DNA of 64,000 nucleotides from Anthoceros angustus (taxonomy: Eukaryota > Plantae > Anthocerotophyta). Under the pieces are notes generated by a model that was not told the DNA's origin, made no database searches, and saw nothing but the letters and a program-made list of their open reading frames with translations. Numbering within the stretch: position 1 is the stretch's first letter; each line of letters begins with the position of its first letter. The translations under genes were made by a program, and so were the position numbers. The DNA lies in assembly GCA_010909165.1 (NCBI GenBank), contig MU008196.1, forward strand, positions 650,177-714,176. The letters run 5' to 3'. Positions 1 through 10,398 of the stretch are shown here, piece by piece.

Positions 1-480
1 AGTCTTCGAGGTAGAGGTCGAATTTGAGGTACTTTTTATTTTTGATTTATTTCAAAAATATGATCTTGAAGGACCATGCCAGTAAAATATATGTTCAAGG
101 ATGGTAAGTTCAAAATATGGGTGAAAATAAATATATGCAGTGATACGTAACATCAAAGGACTCGTTTTGAGTAGATTCGCCATTCTGGGGTTAAAGATGT
201 CTAGTCTGGGCAACTGAGCTACAACAGCCCTCGCATCGCTCGGGCTACGGTCGTGGGTCTCGCGCGTCGGCCCACCTGACTCAGCCGCGATGTTACGTTA
301 TGGAACATGCGCTCGTCGGGGCGCCTGGCTTAGAGGAGTCTCGGCCTAACGGTATCGACTCCTCTGCGCAGGAGCGCCCCTCCGAGCACACGTTCCGTAA
401 TACAGAGCGAATCGACCCGTAAGTTATCTTTTTCGTGGATGAAAGAAACATGATGAAAGAAACAATTGCGAAGGAGAGAA

Positions 481-630
481 GTGCAAAATGAGCTTGCTAA
501 TAGCTTGGTGAAAGTGGCAATCACGAGATCGAGAGGCGCAAAATGAGTCTGCCGGTAACTTGATGAAAGTGGCAATCGCGAGGCCGAGAGGCGCAAAATG
601 AGCCTGCCGGTAGCTTGGTGAAAGTGGCAA
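481..630. repeat. 55-bp tandem repeat, about 2.7 copies
   Basis: CAAAATGAG recurs at 484, 539 and 594; the unit AAAATGAG..TAGCTTGGTGAAAGTGGCAATC..GAGAGGCGC is conserved. It explains the repetitive ORFs 330-718. Confidence 0.85.
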
Positions 631-1319
631 TCAGAGGTTCATTTTCTGCCAGACGTTCTGGGGTGAAGGCCATCGATATGATTGGTATCGATATGGGGAA
701 GCACTTCAACAGGTGCAAAGGAGCGCAGAAGGTAAAGTATTAACTAAAGCAATATTCATTTTGATTTCCGATTGATCTTGGCTTCGACGCGATTCATCTT
801 GGACCTGTTTCGAAAGCTATGTACATACTCCTGAAACGACTTATTGAAGACTGACTTTACCGGTTAATACACCAATAGGGCTGGCAAGGCTTGGGGCTCC
901 TATCCATCAAGAGGGCGGCCACATTCCTGCTGCATACAACTCTACATACCAGGTGTTGAAGCTCGTTGAGGCCAAACAAAGGTAGCTCCCACAGCGCACA
1001 TGCACTGGTTCACGGAATCAAAACTGGTACAGACATCAAGCAGCCCTTATCACATCACACCAAGACGTGGATTGGCAAGACATAGGACATGTTCAACCAG
1101 AGTACCATCTACCTGGATGTATTACGTCTACAAATATATATTGGACCTGTACACCCTGCTAGAAAGCAGCGCTCGATTGCATCCAGATGCTTCAAAAGAC
1201 TCTGGCACCAGAATCTTCTCTAGAAATGTGTGCAATTTAAAACATCTACAAGTGCTGCCCAATTAGCCAGAGCACAGACACTCTACCAACTAATCTAGTC
1301 AGCATCTGACCGAAAGCTA

Positions 1320-4300
1320 CTACATGAGACCGTGGCCAGGCATACCTGAATACTGCGATTGACCTCCATGCCAAACCACCTTTCGATTCCTGCATTACCG
1401 GTTGCAGCATTATTGCTTATGAAGCTCAATATATCATGTCCCTTGTTCGCATGTCCAACATCTGAGCCATAATGTGCCGCAGAAATGAACCCCCCTGGTG
1501 GCAGATGTCCACCTCCTAGCTGCCCAGGAGGTTGCGCACGGGCATTATGTCCCGGTTGATGAAAGATTGCATTGTGGACAGAGTGCACAGAAGGCCCGTT
1601 CACGGGGAAAATGGGAATCCCGGGCTGTCCTTGCTTAGATGCAAGACCGTGAGGTTCATGCAGGGGATGATCATGAATAAAAGGACCACCGTTCATGCCC
1701 TGAAAGAAAGGTCCCCTCTGTGGCAAACGCGCAGGCCCAATGAACTGATTAGGAACTGGGCCCACAGGACCAACCTGGTGATACGCCCCTTGTCCAAGAT
1801 GTGCGGGTGGTGACTGAAAATGGATTGACCCCGATGCTGAGGCATGCAGAAAGGACCTGCCCCCATTGTCAGGCATAGGACCATATCCAAAATAAGGGAA
1901 TTCCACAGCACTAGCACCACCGAACTGAGGCTGCATCTGCTGCTGAGGCCGATATGGCTGATGCGAAAATCCCGAGTACCCACCCGGACTTGGCCCCTGT
2001 GACACCAAGGACTGCTGTAGGTGGTGATGAAGAGGCGTAGGATGTGCGTGGAGGCCTACAACTGAGGATGAAAGGGGCCTGTACAACGGAGCGATTGGAA
2101 GACCAGATTGGGGCTGCTGCAGAAGCTGTCCCTGATAACTGGAGTAAGCAGCTTGATGCGGTCGCATAAGGCTGCCTTTCAGCTGAGCTGAAGCACTTGC
2201 TCGGGGTTGAGGTTGAGCTCCACCTGAATACCCAGCCAAACTACCATCCAGTGTTGACATCAACTCTGTTGCCTTACTTTTTGATGATGCACCAGTTCTC
2301 TCGCTCTTGCCAAATACAGAACCATTTGAGGCAGGACATGCCTTCCCTCCACTCTCATCTTCAAATGCCCAGGAACAAGTGGAATTCTGTTTACCTGAAC
2401 TGAGACTCTCCTGCGTGTCCACTGCAATCAAATCCTCAGCAATATCAGCCAAACTTGAAGGAAGCTTCAACGGACTGTCCAAAATGGAACTTCCTAATGA
2501 AGAGTCTCTTTTTGAATCAGGAATCCTTGCAAGAGGTGACCCTTTCAGGAGAACATCATGGCCAGTTCCAAAAAACCCATCCACTTCAGCACCGATGGGT
2601 CTTGTCACAACCTGCATGGGATTGCTCAATTTCACAAGCTCCCTTTCTGTAGGTTCAACAGAGCAGCCCTCATCTTCACATAAGTTGGTCGTCAGGACAC
2701 TTCCATAGCTGCCTTGGGGTGTCAATCTCTTCGACTCTTGTGCTGTAAGTGGGTAGCCAGTTGCCCACATGAATTGGCTAACACTTGGAGACAGAGGAAC
2801 ACTCTCACTGCCTGATGTAGAGCTTGTTTTTAGTGCAAAACGGTCCACATCCCTGATCTCCCTATGAGATTCTTCAGAGGTCGAATCAGATGCTGCTGGT
2901 CTGGACACTCGGCCAATAGTACCATAGGATGGCTTTGAAGCACCACTAATACCTAAAGAAGTCTGCCGGACACTGTTGAAAGATGATAGTGAGGGCTGTT
3001 GCACATCATCTTTTCCTTCAATTGCCTTGTCCGAAGGAGTCTTCATGGAGACAGGCTTATCCTGAGCTCGCAGTTCATTCATGAATGCCTTCCCAAACAG
3101 TGACTCCAAAGTACCATACTCCCCAGAGATTTTTGTGTCAATCTGCGAACTAGCCTGACCCTTGGAAGCCCAGTCCAGGTGAATTGATTCGTTAATTAAG
3201 CCCTGATAATCCGCTGGATGCACTTCTGCACTGACAGCAACCTCAACTGCTTGAGGGACTTGGCTACTGATCTTGTGAACTGAGGATTTCCTCTGCAACA
3301 GTGACAATAGATGCCGAGAGGCATGACCATCTGAGGTCTCAGCTTGCTTGCCCTCTGAATCCAGCAAACCATTGGGCACTGTCGTAGTGAGAACCCTGCT
3401 TTCAACTGTACGATCTGCTTCAGCAATAATTGAAAGCTCAATATCTTCACAAGTAAGGAAAACAGGGGGAAGCTTTGGAATCACGGCTTCTGCTGGTGCA
3501 GAGGACTCGTGGCTCTCCTTCCGCACTGAAATCCTCGGCAGAACCACCTTACCCCTGATATCAAGCACATCCAATGCCCCAAAGCTTGTTGATGATCCAG
3601 TATCCACAGCCGCAAGACCCTTCTCAATGTCCTCCAAGGATGGGCCAGGTGGCATCGGCAAGACTCGACCTTGGTGCTTTCGAGGTAGAGAAGTTGAAGA
3701 AACTGAATGCTGATCCTGCAGCAAAGACTCAGAAATCCCTTCTTCCACCAGTGGCCTTGACACAGATGCAGAAGACTTCCCACTCTTTGGCAAAGGTGAA
3801 AGACCATCAGCAGAGTCTGCAAGAAAACTTCCCCCTGAAATTTCTGTTGCACAAACCACAAGCCGAAGATATCAAAATCCTCTCAACACACAGCAAGCAA
3901 TTTAGCCCACTAAGTAAGATATCTACTACCAAGAAACTCAAAGGATACTACTTAAAGCCCTGTTAGAGGATACCTTCAGGATCAGACCATTTTACAAGTT
4001 TCAGACTGTCCTGGTCAAAATCAGACCAAGCATGTTCTCCTGCGTCCAGGGTGTTTTCCTGTAACAGGCCATTAATTCATGGCAATGTGAAAGACAATCA
4101 ATTCAATTGACAGACACTGAACCTAGATACAAATTCAAATCTCCTTCCATGGTAGCTTGCTTCATAGACTTGATGATGGGATGAAAACAAGCCAAGTGTA
4201 TACCGTAAACAGAGGGAGTGAGCGAGCGTGGTTGCCATCCATGCTTGCTTTGCCAAACAGCTTATCCAGCACAGAACGTGGCTCGGTACTTAAACCGGCT

Positions 4301-6911
4301 GCCATCCCATCTGAGTTGATGTTCTCAAATTGCATATCCTTAGGCTTTGAACCTCCATTGATACTGAGGTCCCAGTCATCCAAACTCTCCTCCGCTTGCC
4401 TTCTGTTGCTTGTCTCAGCATCCAACAGTGGATGGAGTATTGTGATCGGATTTTCTACGATTGTCTTTGAAGATGGAAGCACAGAGATTATCTTATAATT
4501 TTTGTCATGATCTCTCCGTTCTAGGGCAGTTGAAGAAGTATCTGCCTCCTGCTTAGGCATTGGAGAAGTATCATGCAAGTCACTTACACCATCAATGATG
4601 TCATCCACAGCAGTGGCTACTTGTATTCCCTCCTCCTGGTCAGAGTATTGGACAACAGAAATCCATTAGGCAGTCCAGATGAAAGCTAGCAACCTATTAA
4701 TTGCCCACCTGACTACCATGTGTTCAAGAATATCACTTAACACATCAAAACCCTTAACTATGGCCCACTACTGATCAAAACGCAATCATACAGTCCCTAA
4801 GGCAAAGCAAAACTTACTACATAAAAGCGCCCCTCGTTGTCTCCCAGTTGAGAGGTAGGCTTCACCTGAACAGCTTTTGCAAACCCTGGAGGAACTGCAG
4901 GCCGAGGTATTGAAGTGCTTGTGTGATTAGTAGAAGGTGCTGGATTTGCAGTCTTGAGATTAAACCCAATGGACCTATTTGGTGACTTTGGAGAAGAGCC
5001 CCATTTCATCCATGGACATTCTCGCATCCCAAAGACTGCTCTCATCATGCTTTCTATTGATTTTCTGTTCATCATTTGAAAGCTTCTGCTCCTTTGACTG
5101 CTGGTATTCTTGCAGCTGCCGCTGATGCTGCTTCCGCATGAGTTCAAATGACTCTGCATAAGACAGGCTGTCATATACATCAATTTCTTCAACACGAAGA
5201 ACATACCCATTAAGATCGAACCAACCAGTTAACAAACCTCTTCGCTTCCGCTCCTGCTCCACTCTCTCTTCACTTGAGGGATCATCAAATCCAAAAGTCT
5301 CATCATTGATGAAGTCCGCTTCCTCCGCCGCACATATGGAGATGCCTGAAAATGTCAGGAGCCATAGTGGTGACATCCTAGACACCTCTAAACAGAGCAG
5401 TGAACTGCACAGATGTTTTACAAACACAGGCTTGTCAATAGCAAGTATGTTTCAGTTCACCTTGACCTGTCTAGTTGGCTGATACTGGTCATGGCCACGG
5501 CCATAGCGAGTAAATCCAGTATATCTTGACGAATTGCCTGGTAAGGCACTTGCAAAGACACTTCGAGGACCACCACCACTACCCAGGAGGCCATCACGCT
5601 CAGATGGCACCCAACCAGAACGGCCTGTCACACTGGCTTGCCCACAAGTACGGGCTCCAGAATCTGGGAGACAACCATGCCATACATTTTAGAAATTGAA
5701 GTCCTTGAACATCCTAGCTGCAAAATCCAAATCAGAGAAGCCACAACTTCTACAGAAGAAGCAGATTGCAATGAACAAATAAAAGTCGACAGGCAAGTGA
5801 ACCATCAGCATCAGAGTGGTTTTCAGATTTTCTCCCCACAAGTAAATTTCAAGAAGAAGCCTACCCAACTCATCAGCATCCCAGTCATGAAATGGGCGCT
5901 TCTTTTCTCTGTCACCGCACCCTGCTCGGTGCTCCGCTTGCCCTGACCAGAAGCACCTGCCCCTGCAGGCCTGTCAACAGAGCGAACATGCCCATTCTCA
6001 CCCCAGTTCGCAGCTGGCCTGGGTGGGTAGCTGGTTGAAATGCATTCCGACTTCATCATCATACAGTTTTCGCCTGGGGCCTTGTTGGATCCCTGATACG
6101 CCACTTGATCCACTTGATCCAGGGCGCCATGAGTCTTTTCGCCATTCTGGAATCTCCTGGGGAGATCTGATGTAGACCTCACTGCGCATGTCATACCACA
6201 TTTCCACATTTGGTCCGAGCGTGATTGGTATGACATTATGTTTCCAGCCATAAATACTTAAAGTAGGAGACCCCTAGCCATCACACAGTTGGGATCAAGT
6301 CTTACCTTTCCCTATCTCGGCGTGGTAAGCCTCGAGATGCTGGAACAGGAATTGCGACACCTCCATCCACGATTTCCGAAGGGGGAGGATCTCTGCAAAG
6401 CAGATGACATTGGTAACTCAGCACAGGAAGTTGATTTGATTAGGTAAAAAAAAGACAAATCATTGGATCATGTAAATTCTACAGAAGATGAACTTAAGAT
6501 ACAAATGAAGAGATCACATGTGCCATCATATATTTGACCCTGACCAAGTCTTAACAGCATTGAATAATACTACCTCCACAATACGGGGTCAAGGCCACCC
6601 GGCCGTAATTTGCATGATTCATGATCAGCAAAGGACAAGAGAAAATCCCTTGTGTAGCAATGCTTGGCAGATCTGCAGCCAAAAAGAGAATGGCACAATC
6701 AACATGACATGTGCTCTGACACTTAAGTTGCAGCACAAAGCAGTAGAACCGGGTGTCACAGGACACACTGCAAGCACCAGTACAGGAGATAAAAGATACC
6801 CACGATTCAAACATGGCAGGCAAGAGACAGGTTCAGAAATTACTTGGACGTCAGACAAGGAGAAGCTGGATATCCTTCGGTTGCACCAGGGCCAACTCCT
6901 TCCTCACCCAT
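1320..6911 (-). CDS. CBE1: CBE1-like eIF4E-binding / 4E-T-like protein, multi-exon, with apparent single-base frameshifts
   Basis: Hand-spliced GT-AG exons (minus strand): 6911-6844 (MGEEGVGP..), 6672-6574 (HCYTRDFLLSF), 6392-6306, 6181-5865, 5663-5461 (SERDGLLGSG..YQPTRQVK), 5345-5238 (ASPYVRR/INDETFG..ERKRR), 5153-4866 (ESFELMRKQHQ..PRPAVPPGFA), 4685-4204 (SVLDKLFG), 4058-3974, 3843-about 1320 (LTCEDIELSII, ASRHLLSLLQR, TLESLFGKAFMNEL, P/Q/G/H-rich tail). These blocks match the order of conserved blocks I recall in Arabidopsis At4g01290/CBE1 (EHDGLLG, FNDETFG, ASFELLRKEHQ, PRPLVPPGF, LTCEDLEQSIL, ASQHLLSLLQR, TLENLFGSAFMNEL). Stop at 1320 assumes one missing base near 1346; as written the frame stops at 1295. 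Confidence 0.85.
6636..6656 (-). other. Canonical eIF4E-binding motif YxxxxL-phi (YTRDFLL) in exon 2
   Basis: Minus strand TAC ACA AGG GAT TTT CTC TTG, in frame with exon 1 after splicing at 6843/6673. Confidence 0.85.
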
Positions 6912-7263
6912 CTGAGTCGACACTTCGAAAACTTTGGACAATCCCGAAACCACATTCGAGGCGCTTGCACACTCGACCTACGACAATCTGAGCCACCAGC
7001 CTGACTGATCTGCAGCTGCCACACAGTCCGCTCCGCGCCGAGGGCTAGGCAGATCCAAAGACAAATCATCCACTAGAAACCTCGATCCAAGGTGCCACGA
7101 TATTGCTAAACTCCAGCACGTCAGTATATAACAGAAAGGATCCTATGAGATACACAATGGAGCGAGAGGAGGTTTTGTACATTTATACCGATACCTATAT
7201 AGGTTACATATAAGAACGAAGTCCTTTATTATAGTCTACTTGGATGAAATTTTTCAAACAAGT

Positions 7264-7532
7264 CACCCCATCTAAGTATTGATCTAAGGACTGATCTATG
7301 CCTGAGCTACTTGCAACCAAGGGCATCCACTTCCTTTAGGCACCACAATCTAAATACCGATCTAAGCGCAGGATGCTTAGCAGTGTCCATTAGGCCTAAG
7401 CCATGTGTGTCCAAATGGCGTAGGCCAAATGGACACACATTTATAAGAACGTTTAAGCATCCTGCGCTTAGATCGGTACTTAGATGGGGTGCCTAAAGGG
7501 AGTGGATGCCCTTGGTGCAAGTAGCTTAGGCA
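7264..7532. repeat. Long inverted repeat (MITE-like foldback), about 80-bp arms with an inner palindrome
   Basis: 7299-7379 (TGCCTGAGCTACTTGCAACC..GCGCAGGATGCTTA) is the near-perfect reverse complement of 7454-7532. The inner pair GTGTCCATTAGGCCTA / TAGGCCAAATGGACAC also pairs. Confidence 0.85.
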
Positions 7533-8050
7533 CACCATGGTACAAGTTTATTAAGTACCAAGTCCCATGACGGAAATCCGTCCTTAGTGGACTCAAATAA
7601 AATTCTTCTTCTTCTTCTCCATTTGGACACACATAAGAGTGGGGTGTTTTCCAAAAATGAATAGTTGGGTGATTAAAACTTTCAGATTCAATCAGATATA
7701 AGATGCAAATAGATCAAACGTGTTTTAGATCTTTAAGAGTGTTTTATAATATATGTATGTAATTAGATCAGTAAATAGATGGGGTGCCTAAAGGGAGTGA
7801 ATGCCCTTGCTGCAAGTAGCTTAGGCACACCATGGTACAAGTTGTTAAGTATCAAGTCCCATGACCGAAATCCGTCCTTAGTGGACTCAAATGAAATTCT
7901 TCTTCTTCTTCATTTGGACACATAAGAGTGGGGCGTTTTCCAAAAGTAAATAGTAGGGTGATTAAAACTTTCAGATTCAATTAGATATAAGATGCAAATA
8001 GATCAAACGTGTTATAGATCTTTAAGAGTATTTTATAATATATTTATGTA
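7480..8050. repeat. About 296-bp direct repeat, 2 copies
   Basis: AGATGGGGTGCCTAAAGGGAGT..TTTTATAATATAT starts near 7482 and again near 7777, with mostly substitution differences. Confidence 0.85.
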
Positions 8051-9029
8051 ATAATTATTTCATTACAGCTATGAAAATACTAATTTTAGTTGGGCCTTGT
8101 GGTGTACCAACAGCGGACACTCAAAAGTTTTACATTTTTATTTTCTTTTGAAAGCTCAAATCTCAAAAAGAAAATAAAAAACACATAACTCAACTCAAAC
8201 CTTGTGCATCGGTATCATACCCCTCATCGGGCCATGAAGACATTATGTTGATTGGGGGATGATGCCTATGGCTAGCCCGATCCAGCTTGATGAAGCATGA
8301 TCCAGTTCATCAAGCTCAATAAGTAGACAATGATTGTGCTCATGGCGACAGACTAGCTGTCAGAATGCATAGTCCCATTAAGCTTTCCAGCCCCACAACT
8401 CCAAAATGCTGTTAGATTTGCGGTTATGCCTACAAAGGCGCCCTCCACATGGACAGATGCAGGTTTGTAAGCAAGATTGTGAGAATAAGGCACACGTGGG
8501 CCGGCCTTGTCAATATTTGGAACAAATTAAAAAATGCGCACACCTTCGCCTCCCATGGGGAACATCGAGCTCTAACATGGTCACATCGGTGGACCAACAA
8601 ATATTTTTGACGACCGGCTACGTTCGACATGAGATTAAGCATTTTCCTGATCAAGTCTCCGGTGAATCGTGCTCTTTTTAAGGATTGTATGGTCATATTG
8701 GGCTCTCCGAACACCCTGAAGCTACAATTTAAGGAATCAATGCCAAGTTTGAGAAAAGGCACCGTTGATCGCCCTTTGATCAAACGTGGTCAGCCAGATC
8801 CAGCCATGACATGATCTATGGATCAGCTTGTGGAACGGAAAAGATTGGGCGTTTTCATTTTTGGGAAAATAGAGAAAGAAACATAAGAAGTTGCGGAAGA
8901 TTCCAGTAAGAAACTCCTTTTGTGAACTACTGCTGATTTTTAGGATTTTCCCAAGAAGAAAATGGTTTAGATTTACTTGGTAGGACATACCTGGTCCAAG
9001 GAGGCAGGATTGCATCTAGAAACGCGCCT

Positions 9030-9458
9030 GGATCAACCACTGTTGACCCTAAAATCAACAGTGCTTCACAATTATGGAGATAGCTTCAAAGAGAAGGATA
9101 GATTCAACAGTAAGGACTACGACGTCTGGCACCTGCGAATGAGAGGAGTCTTGCGAAACCGAGAATTATGGAATATTGTCAATGGAAGCTTTGAGCGTCC
9201 AGTTTGGGTCCTGAGAGTAAACATACCTGGGACACAAAGGATGAGAAGGCCCAAGACATCCTAGTCAGCGGCCTCTCATACCATATGGTGAGGCAAATCG
9301 GTGAAGCAAGCTCTTCCAAGGAGATGTGGGACCATCTGGCTCAACTATACTCTTCCAAAGATATTATGAGTTTGATGACTGCTGCCCACAATTTCCATAT
9401 TCTCAAAATGAAGGAATCAGATACAATTGAAACTTTTGTGAGCAGAAGCTCTTAGAAT
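9030..9458 (+). mobile_element. Ty1/Copia gag fragment (family C1), interrupted by an LTR at 9459
   Basis: DRFNSKDYDVWHLRMRGVL..WNIVNG and WDTKDEKAQDILVSGLS..SSKEMWDHLAQLYSSKD..LKMKESDTIE are typical Copia gag N-terminal/UBN2 motifs; frameshifted near 9200. Confidence 0.8.
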
Positions 9459-10398
9459 TGCAAACGAGAATAATGCAATTAATTAAAGTTGAATACAAAA
9501 CTGTCTTAAGTACTTTGTGAGGAGGTGTGACCATTCACCACTAACCTAGATATTAAATAAATGATCAATAATAACTAGTAGGTTAAACTAACCCTCACTT
9601 TTAACACTTCCACTTAAGCTAAGCAAGTTATCAATAAATCACCATTTTACTCCATATAACTCACTGTAGATAGTGGTAGGTAGTAGTAGATATGGGTAGA
9701 AAAGCTGTTATGTACCCATGGGCATGCAAAAAGCCATGCCCATGTGGGGGTAATAGGGGGGGATCCATTGATGGCCACACAACCCCCATGCCAGCCTTAT
9801 CCCCATTAAAACATAGGGTTACCACTGTAAGATGGATGCGGTAAGACGAGAGGTGCCCAAAGCCTACAAAGATAGCTAAGAGGAAATCCAGAGAGAATGG
9901 GCGGAGGCGGCGCAGCATGTGAGCACAAGAGGACGCCACAGGGGGACTCGACTGAGCAGCCCGCATGTACTTAATCTTTAGGGAGTGCGCGTGCAATGAG
10001 GGGGGAGTATCACCCTCATCTCGCCATGCCAGTCCAGATCCCACATACCAGAGTTGCCTTCCGCCCCGCCATCACGCCGCTGGAGCCTAAGGGGACGCAT
10101 AAAGCAGCCGTGAGGCGCAGAACACCTTCTCGAACATTGCGGAATTTCAGTGCTTGGAATCCATGCCTGCCGCCAGGTGCGTGGATGTATGCGCCCGATG
10201 AACCCGGCACTCGCTCTCACTCTACTAGTTCATCGCCAGGTGCCTCACCAAGGTGTAACTCTTCCTTGTTTTTTTCCTTTTTCCGTGTGTGCCCCTTCAG
10301 TGTAGTGGCTCCAGTTCCTAATCTTGAGGTAGCCGCTGACGACAGTACTAATGCTTTCGTGTGTCAATGTAGATGCTGACGAAGTGCCACATAGAGTA
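9459..10398 (-). mobile_element. LTR element E1: 3' LTR (9459-9606), PPT and truncated internal region
   Basis: Minus strand reads purine tract TAAGTGGAAG then TGTTAAAAG..CGTTTGCA (TG..CA, 148 bp). No partner LTR was found. Confidence 0.65.

Noticed and set aside
652-732. Possible plus-strand exon (CAG acceptor, AAG|GTAAAG donor; RSGVKAIDMIGIDMGKHF)
   Set aside because: No neighbouring exons could be linked and no family is recognisable.
5989-6019. A 31-nt GT-AG micro-intron near 5970-6000 explaining the stops in CBE1 exon 4
   Set aside because: Much shorter than the other introns (84-201 nt), and a second frameshift is still needed; compensating indels fit better.
6518-6991. Plus-strand 157-aa ORF (also 1000-1266 and others within 1532-3966)
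   Set aside because: Antisense shadows of the CBE1 exons, introns and 3' region, with no recognisable motifs.
8270-8800. 11-bp hairpin (AGCTTGATGAA/TTCATCAAGCT) with a nearby CTAG as a Helitron end, and ORF 8430-8783 or a LINE remnant
   Set aside because: The CTAG is not followed by T, no 5' TC end was found, and the peptides have no diagnostic motif.
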